Shown: positions 38,065 through 47,967, numbered from the stretch's first letter. The stretch: DNA of 64,000 nucleotides from Candidatus Daviesbacteria bacterium (GCA_016184225.1 JACPDA010000005.1:3590-67589); one strand, 5' to 3'. The notes: generated by a model not told the origin, from the sequence alone. Program-made: numbers and translations.

Positions 38065-39147
38065 GTGAATAATATTCCGTATTTGTTGGCGCTTCATTCC
38101 ATTGATGGACTGGGGCCGATTAGGTTACGGGCCATTTTAGAATATTTTAAAGACCCGAAGCTGGCTTGGGAAGCAAATGAAAATGAGCTTCTGAAGCTGG
38201 GCATTTTTAGAAACACGGTTAATCTTTTGGTGGAAACCCGGAAAAAACTGGATCCGGAAACTTATGCCAAAAAGATTGCTGAAAGCGGTATAAAGTGGAT
38301 TACGATTTTTGATGAGGCTTACCCAAAATTATTAGCCCAAATCTATGATCCGCCGATAGTAATTTATTATAAAGGGGAGCCGGATTGGGATAAAAAAGCG
38401 ATCGGGGTGGTGGGAACCAGAAAAATAACTGGTTACGGTAAAGTTGTAACAGAGAAGTTTACAAAAGGCTTAAGTTTAGCCGGTTTAACTATTGTTTCCG
38501 GGTTGGCCCGGGGGGTAGATGCACAGGCACATTTGACAGCAGTCTCGGAGAATGGTAAGACAATTGCAGTAATGGGCGGAGGATTAAATAATATTTTTCC
38601 TCCGGAAAATAGGGGCCTGGCGGCAAAAATTGCAGATAACTTTGGAGCAGTTATTTCCGAGTTTCCGCCAAATTATCCATCACTCCCAGGGAATTTCCCG
38701 GCAAGGAACAGGATTATATCGGGACTATCTTTGGGAGTTTTGGTGATTGAAGCGGCAGAAGATTCCGGGTCGCTTATTACTGCTAGGCTTGCTTTAGAGC
38801 AGGGTCGTGAAGTTTTTGCTGTTCCCGGTCCAATTACTTCTGATTTGTCAAAAGGTCCGATTGATCTGATTCGGGAGGGGGCGAGGATCGTATTTAGTCC
38901 GGAAGAGATTTTGGAAGAGTTGGGAATTAATAGAGTCAAGAGTCTAGAGTCAAGAGTCAAGAACGAAAGGGATCTTTCGGAAGAAGAAAGACAAATCTTG
39001 GAAGTTTTAGAAAACGAGAGCAGACATATTGATGAGATTGGCAGACAGTTAAATTTTCCTTCCCCAAAAATTTCTGCTTTGCTACTGAAAATGGAGATTT
39101 CAGGACTTGTAGAGAGCATGGGTGCTGGGATATACTGCAAGAAGTAA
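38065..39147 (+). CDS. dprA: DNA processing protein DprA/Smf (GTG start); contains an in-frame family-C heptamer block at 38929-38965
   Basis: GVVGTRKITGYGK...SGLARGVDAQAH Rossmann-like DprA core; C-terminal winged-helix extension. Confidence 0.85.
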   Translation: MNNIPYLLALHSIDGLGPIRLRAILEYFKDPKLAWEANENELLKLGIFRNTVNLLVETRKKLDPETYAKKIAESGIKWITIFDEAYPKLLAQIYDPPIVIYYKGEPDWDKKAIGVVGTRKITGYGKVVTEKFTKGLSLAGLTIVSGLARGVDAQAHLTAVSENGKTIAVMGGGLNNIFPPENRGLAAKIADNFGAVISEFPPNYPSLPGNFPARNRIISGLSLGVLVIEAAEDSGSLITARLALEQGREVFAVPGPITSDLSKGPIDLIREGARIVFSPEEILEELGINRVKSLESRVKNERDLSEEERQILEVLENESRHIDEIGRQLNFPSPKISALLLKMEISGLVESMGAGIYCKK

Positions 39148-39166
39148 CTGCAACCAACAATTAATT

Positions 39167-39517
39167 ATGCCCAAACTAATCCTGTTTCTGATTGCTTTAA
39201 TTGTTGTTATCTTAACCGCTATCTTTACACTTATCTTCAATAATGCAGCACTGAAATCAACTTCTAAAAGTGAAATTGATACTGCTGTTAATCAAGCTCA
39301 ACATGTTTACCGTCAAAGGAAGAAAGTGAGTGAAGATTTCTCAACCGGCCCTTGTCTTTCAGATGCTTTAATGCCCGGGTGGGTGGCTGATATTGCCCAC
39401 AGTCCCCGCTTGCCTACCGACGACCTGCCGGAAAACCAATGCCCGGCATACCTGGAGGGAAGGGCAGAACATTTTGTAGAGCTTGATACAGAGGGGAATT
39501 TAATCAGAGCAAGATAG
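39167..39517 (+). CDS. Hypothetical membrane-anchored protein
   Basis: ORF with one N-terminal TM. Confidence 0.3.
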   Translation: MPKLILFLIALIVVILTAIFTLIFNNAALKSTSKSEIDTAVNQAQHVYRQRKKVSEDFSTGPCLSDALMPGWVADIAHSPRLPTDDLPENQCPAYLEGRAEHFVELDTEGNLIRAR

Positions 39518-39585
39518 AGTCAAGAGTCTAGAATCTAGAGTCTAGGAAAAAATTACTTGACTCTAGACTCTAGCGACTAGTCACT
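39515..39585. repeat. Family-C palindromic element filling the spacer before the Clp ATPase gene
   Basis: TAGAGTCAAGAGTCTAGAATCTAGAGTCTAGG...TTGACTCTAGACTCTAGCGACTAGTCACT. Confidence 0.8.
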
Positions 39586-42099
39586 ATGAAATACCTAACA
39601 CTGCCAATTAGTTTATTAAAATTTTGGTATCCGGACTCGTTTGCCTTTTTTATCCGGACCTGGAAAAATTTAATGCTCTTTTTAGAAGAGGATTTGGCAG
39701 TGGGACTCATGTGGAAGCTGCTTTTTACTCCGCTTTTTCATGACTGCTCGTTTGTGGGTAGAGTTTTGAGCCTGATATTTCGTTTAAGCAGGATTCTGCT
39801 GGGGCTTTTTGCTTTTGGGATCGTTACTGGAGTCCTGCTTTTGATAGGGGGTTATTGGTTAATACTGCCGGTACTGGCATTTACAGATACCCCTCACATT
39901 TTAAGCCGAGTATTGTTTTTTAGTGGCTTAGGCTTATTTTTCCTGGATATAGTCTTCAGTCCCCATAAGAAAATCTGGCAAATTGGTAAAAGTGCTGAAG
40001 ATCTTTGGAGGGCCTCATTAGTTAAACCGGAGAACTTAAACTTTAAAAAACTTTTGGAAAGCCGGGAAGTAGCAGATCTTTTATCTAATCTGGAAATTCA
40101 ACTAAATGGTTTTCCGGATTTTGAAATTGCCGATCCGGAGGAGGTGGCAAAGAAGGCTCTGGAGTTGGGTAAGCTTTACGGCAGTGAATATTTGCGTCCG
40201 ACCCATTTTTTTGTGGCTGCCCTTTCTGAGTTTCCCCACATTGATACCTATTTAACCAAGCTGGAACTTACACCGGATGATTTTAAACAGGCTTTAATGT
40301 ATCTGGAAAAGAAAAAAAATACCTGGAGAAGGGTATACATCTGGGACGGCGATTTTACGATCCGTCACTTAAAAGGAACTAATCGGGGATGGTTGGGAGT
40401 GCCGACACCAAATTTGGATCTAGTCAGCGTTGATTTAACAAAGGAAGCTAGCTCGAAAGGTTTTCCTGATTTAGTTCGCGAGCAGGACGTTTTGAAAGAA
40501 ATTGTCAACATTTTGTCCCAAACTAGCAGTAAAAATGTGATTTTGGTGGGACCACCTGGCTCCGGTAAAACAGCCACCTTGCGATATTTGGCAAAACTAA
40601 TACTGATTGGAGATGCGCCGGATGCTCTGGCTACCAAAAGAATTATCCTTTTGGATTTAACGAAGCTTTTATCAGGGATCAAAACTCAAGGGGAACTAGC
40701 TGAGCGGATTAAGGTAGTTTTTGAAGAAATAGGCTTTGCCCAAAATGTCATTATCGCCATAGAAGAGATTCATGAGCTGGGGATGGGTGAGGCAGGAGGC
40801 AGTTTAAATCTATATTCACTAATGCAGCCATACCTTGAATCTGATACTTTTCAATTTATCGGGACTACGGAAACGGAAAATTACAGTAGAATTTTAGAAA
40901 AAAATGGCAGTTTCAGCAGGCTTTTTATCAAGGTGGAGATCCTGCCGGCCACTGTAAATGATACTCTTAAAATCTTAGAAGACAGGGCGATTGAGGCAGA
41001 AAGAAAGAACAAAGTTAAAGTTACCTTTATAGCTTTAAAGACTGCAGTGGCACTTTCCCAGAAATTGATTCATGATCGTGTTTTACCGGATTCCGCCATC
41101 AGTGTTTTAAAAGAGGCTTTAACGCAACCCGTCAACAGATGGGTGACGAAGGAGGTCGTCAGAAGAGTTATTTCCCAAAGGGTTAAAGTTCCTTTAATGG
41201 AGGTAGGGACTGTTGATAAAAATAAGTTACTTAATTTGGAAGATGAAATACACCAGCGGTTAATCGACCAAGAGCAGGCGGTTAAAGCTGTAGCTGATAC
41301 CCTGCGGCGTTCTGTAACCGGCCTTCGTGAAGAGAGAAGACCGATCGGGTCATTTTTGTTTGTTGGCCCGACCGGAGTTGGTAAAACAGAGCTGGCTAAA
41401 ACTTTATCGGAAGTGTACTTCAAAGGAGCGGGTGCCTTCATCAGATTTGATATGTCTGAATATCAAAACAGTGAGTCAGTGAGTCGGTTGATTGGTGGGT
41501 CAGGGGAGGAAGGACAGTTAACAGAGGATATCAGGCAGCGGCCGTATGCATTACTGCTTTTGGATGAGTTTGAAAAAGCAGATGCTAAAATCTTAACTTT
41601 ATTTTTACAGGTTTTAGAAGACGGCAGATTAACTGATGCCGGGGGCCGGACAGTAGATTTTACCAATGCGATTATTATTGCTACTTCAAATGCCGGCAGT
41701 TTAACCATTGCCCAAGGTTTAGAACAGGGTCGGACCCTGGCGCAGATGGATAAACAGGTTAATGACGAGCTTCTCAAAGTTTTTAAACCGGAGCTGGTTA
41801 ATAGGTTTGATGCGGTAGTACTGTTTAAGCCGCTGTCTTCGGAAGACCTGCAAAAAATTGTGGCAATCAAACTCTCCGCTTTGCAAGCCCAGATGAAAGA
41901 AAAAGGGTATTTGGTGGAATTTGATCCCGGCTTGGTGGCAGAGTTTGCTAAAAGAGGCTTTGACCCGGTGATGGGAGCCCGCCCCATGCGCCGCCTGCTG
42001 CAAGATACCCTGGAAGCCAAACTTTCCAAATTAATTCTGCAGAATGAGCTTGTAAAGGGTCAACCTTTTCAAGCTACAGTGGATTTACTTTCTGCATAG
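39586..42099 (+). CDS. Two-AAA+ Clp/Hsp100-family ATPase (ClpB/ClpC-like) with an N-terminal polytopic membrane region
   Basis: Two Walker A sites (VGPPGSGKTA; FVGPTGVGKTELAK), Walker B LLLDEFEKA; ~130 aa N-terminus with 3-4 TM helices. Confidence 0.8.
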   Translation: MKYLTLPISLLKFWYPDSFAFFIRTWKNLMLFLEEDLAVGLMWKLLFTPLFHDCSFVGRVLSLIFRLSRILLGLFAFGIVTGVLLLIGGYWLILPVLAFTDTPHILSRVLFFSGLGLFFLDIVFSPHKKIWQIGKSAEDLWRASLVKPENLNFKKLLESREVADLLSNLEIQLNGFPDFEIADPEEVAKKALELGKLYGSEYLRPTHFFVAALSEFPHIDTYLTKLELTPDDFKQALMYLEKKKNTWRRVYIWDGDFTIRHLKGTNRGWLGVPTPNLDLVSVDLTKEASSKGFPDLVREQDVLKEIVNILSQTSSKNVILVGPPGSGKTATLRYLAKLILIGDAPDALATKRIILLDLTKLLSGIKTQGELAERIKVVFEEIGFAQNVIIAIEEIHELGMGEAGGSLNLYSLMQPYLESDTFQFIGTTETENYSRILEKNGSFSRLFIKVEILPATVNDTLKILEDRAIEAERKNKVKVTFIALKTAVALSQKLIHDRVLPDSAISVLKEALTQPVNRWVTKEVVRRVISQRVKVPLMEVGTVDKNKLLNLEDEIHQRLIDQEQAVKAVADTLRRSVTGLREERRPIGSFLFVGPTGVGKTELAKTLSEVYFKGAGAFIRFDMSEYQNSESVSRLIGGSGEEGQLTEDIRQRPYALLLLDEFEKADAKILTLFLQVLEDGRLTDAGGRTVDFTNAIIIATSNAGSLTIAQGLEQGRTLAQMDKQVNDELLKVFKPELVNRFDAVVLFKPLSSEDLQKIVAIKLSALQAQMKEKGYLVEFDPGLVAEFAKRGFDPVMGARPMRRLLQDTLEAKLSKLILQNELVKGQPFQATVDLLSA

Positions 42100-42122
42100 A
42101 TCTTTCAGATACACCCCATAGT

Positions 42123-42728
42123 TTGATTTCTCCACGCTTCCTTGCTATAATTCACTCTATGAATTGTGAATATAGTGGTAAAAAAGTCATTGTTGAAATT
42201 GGACCAGGAGATGCACCAGTCCTAGATTCTTTTCGTGAAGTTACAAGCCGAGTCGCAGGTGGAACAGCAAAGTATCTTGCTATAGATAAGTATAAACCTC
42301 GTGACTCTCTACTTAGGCCAAAATTGTTTGTCCAAGGTGCGATAAGCTCTATTCCTTTATTATCTGACACAGTAGACGAGCTCTGGTTGATGAATGTTTT
42401 TGCTGTGTTACGCTTGAAGGACGACTTTGATTGTTCTCCAGTTAGAAATCAGAGTGGTATTTCCTCGCAGGATCGACATTACTTGGGTGAACTGGCCCGT
42501 GTTACAAAATTAGGTGGAATAATAAATATTGGAGAATACTACAATCCTGATATTGTAAAATGGCTAATGGAGATTGACTATAAGGATTTTGCATTAGAAA
42601 AAACAGTTTTTACAGACGTTAACCTTGCGGAATTTCTTAAAAAGTATCAAATGATACCAGAACGCGTGTCATTATTCTTTAAACCCCCGTATCCAGACAC
42701 TTTCTTCATGACCCTCACAAAAGTATGA
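42123..42728 (+). CDS. Possible class I SAM-dependent methyltransferase-like protein
   Basis: VIVEIGPGDA (motif I-like) and a DELWLMNVF acidic-loop region; weak. Confidence 0.35.
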   Translation: MISPRFLAIIHSMNCEYSGKKVIVEIGPGDAPVLDSFREVTSRVAGGTAKYLAIDKYKPRDSLLRPKLFVQGAISSIPLLSDTVDELWLMNVFAVLRLKDDFDCSPVRNQSGISSQDRHYLGELARVTKLGGIINIGEYYNPDIVKWLMEIDYKDFALEKTVFTDVNLAEFLKKYQMIPERVSLFFKPPYPDTFFMTLTKV

Positions 42729-42923
42729 TTGATCGGGTTTTGTAATCGTTTTATAACTTCGGGAGTTGCAGGCTGAGTTGCAGGCTAAATTCCCCTTTTA
42801 TATCATTTCATGATGCGGTCGTACACTAAATTGGTTTGGTACAGACTTTAGCGTTTTGTAACGATCGTTAAGTTTTAGTAAAGTTTTCTTGGCCTGTTTT
42901 GTTAAAAATGCTATGCTAGAGTA

Positions 42924-43352
42924 GTGAAGAAAATAATTTTCCTCTTAGGAATACTGGCAGTTTTTGTACCAATAACTGTTTTTGCGGTCACAACTTCTGG
43001 AACAAGTCCAGAGATTCTTCGCTCCGCTCAGAATGACAAAGGGGGGTTAAATTCCTTATACCAAATAAACCAAAAAGTTTGTGACAGGTTTGAAACAGAC
43101 ATATTAAAGCTGGCGGCAATTATGGAAGAACTTAGAAGAAGAAAAGGAATTACGGAAACCAGGGTGGCTTTTGGGGGGACAGATACCCCGATTAAAAACG
43201 CTGATTATTGGGTGACTTACAGCGCAGAAGCGCTGGCCTTTCAACGGGCCCAAAAATATTCTTCCCAGGCCAGTTTGAGAAGCAGTTTGGAAGTTTTAAA
43301 AAATAAAATCTTAAGAGCTAAGAGTGAAGTAGGAAGGGCATTAAATGAATAA
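42924..43352 (+). CDS. Hypothetical secreted protein (signal peptide)
   Basis: ORF with an N-terminal hydrophobic segment. Confidence 0.3.
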   Translation: MKKIIFLLGILAVFVPITVFAVTTSGTSPEILRSAQNDKGGLNSLYQINQKVCDRFETDILKLAAIMEELRRRKGITETRVAFGGTDTPIKNADYWVTYSAEALAFQRAQKYSSQASLRSSLEVLKNKILRAKSEVGRALNE

Positions 43353-43605
43353 AAACAAAATACTGACGATCGTGATAGTTTTGTTGTTATTAGTTATATT
43401 ATTGACGATCGTTAGATATTTGTCTAATCAGAATGGGTTACTGATAAATCCCGGAGTTAAAAAAGCAACCGGGCAATCAACAGTGCAGCCATCAACTCCT
43501 GCCTACAATCCTCCCAAAGAAGTTAAATATGATGGCAGTACTGATTTACAAAAAGAACTGGATTCTATCGAGCCACAAGTTTTGGACAGCGATTTTCAGG
43601 ATTAA
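43345..43605 (+). CDS. Hypothetical small membrane protein
   Basis: ORF; contains two ACGATCGT palindromes. Confidence 0.3.
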   Translation: MNKNKILTIVIVLLLLVILLTIVRYLSNQNGLLINPGVKKATGQSTVQPSTPAYNPPKEVKYDGSTDLQKELDSIEPQVLDSDFQD

Positions 43606-43688
43606 AGATTTGACGACCTCCATATAATGGATCTTGCATTCGCAAGAGATTCTTCGTTACACTCGTAAGTGACAACAAAGAAAAGTTT

Positions 43689-45839
43689 ATGACTAATTTA
43701 GTAATTGTGGAATCACCTACAAAAGCAAGAACACTGCAAAGATTTCTGGGTGATAAATATCAAATTGAAGCTTCCATGGGGCATGTCAGGGACCTGCCCA
43801 AGTCTGAGCTGGGAGTGGATGTGGATAAAAACTTTGAGCCCCAGTATATTATCCCCCGCGATAAGAAAAAAAGGGTAAATGAGCTAAAAAAAGTGGCAAA
43901 GACAGCAGATACCCTTTGGCTGGCTACAGATCCTGATCGGGAAGGTGAGGCGATCGCCTGGCATTTGTCAGAATTGCTGCGCAATTCTGAAGTGAAAAGT
44001 GCAAAGTGCAAAGTGCAAAGTGGGGAAACAGATATTAAAAGAGTAGTGTTTCATGAGATTACAGAACAAGCCATTAAGGAAGCCTTTGAGAATCCCAGAA
44101 GTATCGATCTAAAGCTGGTCGATGCCCAGCAAGCCAGAAGGGTACTGGACAGGTTGGTAGGTTATAAACTTTCTCCCTTGCTATGGGAAAAAGTTAAAAG
44201 AGGGTTGTCTGCCGGAAGAGTGCAATCCGTGGCCCTGCGGCTGATAGTGGAAAGAGAAAGGGAAGTTGTTGCTTTTAAGGCAGAGGAGTATTGGAATATT
44301 GAGGTAGAGCTGGAAGGTAACAGTGGACAGGCAACAGGCGACAGTTTCATTGCCACTTTAATAGAGCAAAACGGCAAGAAACTGGAAATCGGCAGTAAAG
44401 AGGAAGCAGATGGGCATGTTAAAAATTTGGAAAAAGCGCAGTATCAAGTTTCTAAGGTTACCCAAAGAGAGGTTCGCCGTTTCCCTTATCCGCCGTTTAC
44501 CACTTCAACTATGCAGCAGGCGGCAGCAAATAAACTTGGAATGTCTGCCAAAAAAACCATGATGCTCGCCCAAGCTTTGTATGAACACGGGTTGATTACC
44601 TACATGAGGACAGATTCTGTTAATTTATCCTCTCAGGCAATCGGAGCAGTAAGAGACTATATTGGAAATTTTATTGGCAAACCTTATTTGCCAAGTGTGG
44701 CCAGGGTTTTTAAGTCTAAATCCAAAAATGCCCAGGAAGCGCATGAGGCGATCAGGGTCACAGACGTCAGTCGTCAGTCGTCAGTCGTCAGACAAATTTC
44801 AAGTATGAATAAAGATCATGCCCGGCTTTATGAGCTGATTTGGAAAAGGTTTGTGGCTTGTCAAATGAATGAGGCGGTGATAGATCAGACCACGGTGGAT
44901 GTGAGTGCCGGCAACAATGTCATTCTGGGGACGAAAGAAGTGAGGACTCCAGAATCTTTAAGGAAGGATTCTGGACAAGCCAGAATGACATGCAACTATC
45001 TCCTTCGGGCAACCGGTAGTGTAATTAAGTTCGATGGCTGGTTAAAGCTATATGGCAAGGGTACAGGTGACAGTGAACAGGGGACAGAAGAAGATAAAGA
45101 AAAAATACTGCCGAAACTTGCAGAAAAAGAGCCGCTTAACCTGATTCAGCTTTTACCAGGCCAGCATTTTACAGAACCTCCCCCGAGATATAATGAGGCT
45201 TCTTTGATTAAAAAACTGGAGGAACTGGGGATTGGCCGGCCTTCTACTTATGCGCCGATTTTATCTACCATTCAGGAGCGGTTTTATGTGGAAAAATTGG
45301 AGAGAAAATTTATTCCAACCTCACTGGGTACAACTGTCATTGATTTTTTGATGGAGTATTTTGCGGATATTATTGACTATGCTTTTACCGCTCAAATGGA
45401 GGATGAGCTGGATGAGATAGCCAGGGGGGAAAGGCAGTGGCGCCCAACCATTAAAACGTTTTATGAACCATTTGAGAAAAAGTTGATTGAGACGGAAAAG
45501 AAAGCTAAAAAAGTGAAAATGGAAGTAGAGTTTGCTGGTAAAAAGTGTCCTGAGTGCGGGAAAGAGCTGATTGTCAGAATTGGCAAGTTTGGCAAGTTCC
45601 TGGCTTGTTCCGGTTTTCCGGAGTGCAAGCATACGGAATCTTTGGAAGAAAAAATTAATGCCAAGTGTCCGGATGACGGTGGGGATATTGTGGTCAGGCA
45701 TACCAAAAGAGGAAAAACTTTTTACGGCTGCAAAAACTGGCCGGTCTGCAAATTTGCTTCTTGGACAAAACCCAAGACAGGCAACAGTGCGCAGGCGACA
45801 GGCGACAGTAACACAGACAGCAAAAATGAGAACGCATAA
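43689..45839 (+). CDS. topA: DNA topoisomerase I with C-terminal zinc ribbons; carries at least six in-frame repeat blocks
   Basis: TOPRIM N-terminus (LVIVESPTKARTL), core domains, CPECGKEL...C and ...CKNWPVC zinc fingers. Confidence 0.9.
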   Translation: MTNLVIVESPTKARTLQRFLGDKYQIEASMGHVRDLPKSELGVDVDKNFEPQYIIPRDKKKRVNELKKVAKTADTLWLATDPDREGEAIAWHLSELLRNSEVKSAKCKVQSGETDIKRVVFHEITEQAIKEAFENPRSIDLKLVDAQQARRVLDRLVGYKLSPLLWEKVKRGLSAGRVQSVALRLIVEREREVVAFKAEEYWNIEVELEGNSGQATGDSFIATLIEQNGKKLEIGSKEEADGHVKNLEKAQYQVSKVTQREVRRFPYPPFTTSTMQQAAANKLGMSAKKTMMLAQALYEHGLITYMRTDSVNLSSQAIGAVRDYIGNFIGKPYLPSVARVFKSKSKNAQEAHEAIRVTDVSRQSSVVRQISSMNKDHARLYELIWKRFVACQMNEAVIDQTTVDVSAGNNVILGTKEVRTPESLRKDSGQARMTCNYLLRATGSVIKFDGWLKLYGKGTGDSEQGTEEDKEKILPKLAEKEPLNLIQLLPGQHFTEPPPRYNEASLIKKLEELGIGRPSTYAPILSTIQERFYVEKLERKFIPTSLGTTVIDFLMEYFADIIDYAFTAQMEDELDEIARGERQWRPTIKTFYEPFEKKLIETEKKAKKVKMEVEFAGKKCPECGKELIVRIGKFGKFLACSGFPECKHTESLEEKINAKCPDDGGDIVVRHTKRGKTFYGCKNWPVCKFASWTKPKTGNSAQATGDSNTDSKNENA

Positions 45840-46179
45840 AGATCTAACTGTTTGGCAGAAGTCCATGGATCTTGTAGAGAAAATCTATAAAATAACAAAC
45901 AATCTGCCTAGATCTGAATTATCCGGACTTATATCACAAATGCAGCGTTCTGCTGTCGCTATTCCATCAAATATTGCGGAAGGTGCCAAGCGAGAACATA
46001 GAGCAGAATATATTCAATTCCTTTCTATAGCTAACGGGTCTGCTTCAGAATTAGAAACACAACTTATCCTTACCAGTAAATTGTATCCTAACTTCAAGAT
46101 CGAGGTTAAAGATGCAATGATTGTTCTAGATGAAATATTAAAGATGCTTTATTCTTTGATGAAATCTTTAAAGAACTAA
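45826..46179 (+). CDS. Four-helix-bundle protein (Avd-like), paralog 4 of 4; overlaps the topA stop by 14 nt
   Basis: MRTHKDLTVWQKSMDLVEKIYKITNNLPRSELSGLISQMQRSAVAIPSNIAEGAKR...; the ORF-track N-terminal extension (45571-) overlaps topA and is treated as spurious. Confidence 0.65.
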   Translation: MRTHKDLTVWQKSMDLVEKIYKITNNLPRSELSGLISQMQRSAVAIPSNIAEGAKREHRAEYIQFLSIANGSASELETQLILTSKLYPNFKIEVKDAMIVLDEILKMLYSLMKSLKN

Positions 46180-46219
46180 CTGTTGCCTGTAGCCTACTGC
46201 CTGTAACCTAAAAAGATGC

Positions 46220-46248
46220 TTGCAATTCGGCAGCCTTCTTGGTATTAT
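46220..46248 (+). promoter_or_regulatory. Sigma-70-like promoter TTGCAA-17-TATTAT upstream of pyrG
   Basis: Seen in sequence. Confidence 0.45.
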
Positions 46249-46305
46249 ATTGAGGGCCTCAAAATCCTTCGACTTCGCTCAGGACTATAGATCTCCCCCA
46301 GTTAT

Positions 46306-47967
46306 ATGAAATACATATTTGTCACAGGTGGTGTGATTAGTGGTTTAGGTAAGGGGATTGCCACCTCTTCAATTGCCCTGCTTTTGAAATCCGCAGGCTA
46401 TAAAGTTACCCCTATCAAGATGGATCCCTATTTAAATGTAGATGCCGGCACCATGAACCCGATTGAACACGGTGAAGTGTTTGTGCTGGATGACGGCACG
46501 GAAACTGATCAGGACTTAGGTCATTACGAGCGATTTTTGAATGAATCATTAAATGAAAAAAGTATAGCTACTCAAGGATCGATTTATCTTTCAGTAATTC
46601 AGCGGGAAAGAAATTTGGAATATGACGGGGAGTGCGTGGATGTTGTCACTTATGTGACAGAAGAAATCATCAAGCGGATTAAAGAAGCTGGTCGGGCCAG
46701 TAATGCTGATGTAGTGGTCATAGAAGTTGGCGGAACTACCGGCGAGTATCAAAATATCCTGTTTTTAGAAGCCAACAGGCTGATGAAATTAAAAAATCCG
46801 AGCGATGTCCTTCATGCCCACATTACTTATTTACCAATACCTGCCTCTATTGGTGAGATGAAGAGCAAGCCGGCCCAAATGTCTGTCCGGGATTTAAATG
46901 CCGTGGGAATCCAGCCTGATATCCTGTTGGCCAGAAGCGAGAAACCGCTGGACCAGCAAAGAATTAAAAAATTATCCATTTCCACCGGATTGGAACCGGC
47001 AGATATCATCTCTGCTCCTGATGTGGACAGTATTTATAAAGTGCCCCTGGGGTTTGATAATCAGAATCTAGCTCAGAGGTTACTGGATAAGTTGGGTTTG
47101 AAGAGGAAGAATGAAGACCTGCCTGCCGGCAGGCAGGTCATGAAGCAGTGGAAAGAATTTGTAGACAAAATTGATACTGCCAAAGATGTGGTCAAGATTG
47201 CCATTGTCGGCAAATACTTTTCTACCGGTGCTTTTACCCTGGCTGATTCATATATTTCTGTAATTGAAGCTGTCAAACATGCTGCCTGGGATCAAGGTTT
47301 AAAGCCGGAGATAACCTGGCTTGACAGCGGCAAAGTCTTGGATAATGTGGAAGTGCTCCGGAAATTCCAAGGTATTATTGTTCCCGGAGGGTTTGGTTCA
47401 AGGGATATTGAGGGTAAAATAGCTACTATCAAGTATGCCAGGGAAAATAAAATTCCCTATTTTGGACTCTGTTACGGCATGCAGCTTTCGGTAGTGGAAT
47501 ATGCCAGAAACGTATTGGAGCTCCCCGGAGCCCATACCACAGAGATTGACCCTGCTACTAAATATCCGGTCATTCATATTATGCCGGATCAAGAAAAGAA
47601 GATGCTAAATCGGGAATACGGGGCCACCATGAGGTTAGGGGCCTGGGATTGTAAGTTAAAAGAAGGTACGTATGTTTATAAATTGTATAAAGACTTTGCA
47701 CTTTCCACTTCACACTTTCCCCTTGTTTCTGAAAGGCACAGGCACAGGTTTGAGTTTAATAATGACTTTTTGGGCCAATTTATGAAAAAAGGGTTAACAA
47801 TTTCCGGTACTTCTCCTGACGGAAAGCTGGTAGAAATTATTGAACTGAAAGTCCATCCGTTTTTTGTGGGAACCCAGTTTCATCCTGAGTTAAAATCAAG
47901 GCCTCTGTCCCCGCATCCTTTGTTTGTGGGTTTCCTCAAAGCTGCTTCTAAGATCCATATAGCATGA
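46306..47967 (+). CDS. pyrG: CTP synthase
   Basis: MKYIFVTGGVISGLGKGI... synthetase domain plus a GATase domain (GLCYGMQ). Confidence 0.95.
   Translation: MKYIFVTGGVISGLGKGIATSSIALLLKSAGYKVTPIKMDPYLNVDAGTMNPIEHGEVFVLDDGTETDQDLGHYERFLNESLNEKSIATQGSIYLSVIQRERNLEYDGECVDVVTYVTEEIIKRIKEAGRASNADVVVIEVGGTTGEYQNILFLEANRLMKLKNPSDVLHAHITYLPIPASIGEMKSKPAQMSVRDLNAVGIQPDILLARSEKPLDQQRIKKLSISTGLEPADIISAPDVDSIYKVPLGFDNQNLAQRLLDKLGLKRKNEDLPAGRQVMKQWKEFVDKIDTAKDVVKIAIVGKYFSTGAFTLADSYISVIEAVKHAAWDQGLKPEITWLDSGKVLDNVEVLRKFQGIIVPGGFGSRDIEGKIATIKYARENKIPYFGLCYGMQLSVVEYARNVLELPGAHTTEIDPATKYPVIHIMPDQEKKMLNREYGATMRLGAWDCKLKEGTYVYKLYKDFALSTSHFPLVSERHRHRFEFNNDFLGQFMKKGLTISGTSPDGKLVEIIELKVHPFFVGTQFHPELKSRPLSPHPLFVGFLKAASKIHIA

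Noticed and set aside
45571-45825. N-terminal 85 aa extension of the four-helix-bundle ORF overlapping topA
   Set aside because: It lies out of frame within the topA 3' end. The conserved 4HB family sequence starts at the ATG at 45826.
12965-46179. Diversity-generating retroelement, suggested by the Avd-like four-helix-bundle genes
   Set aside because: No reverse transcriptase gene and no template/variable repeat pair are present in the window.
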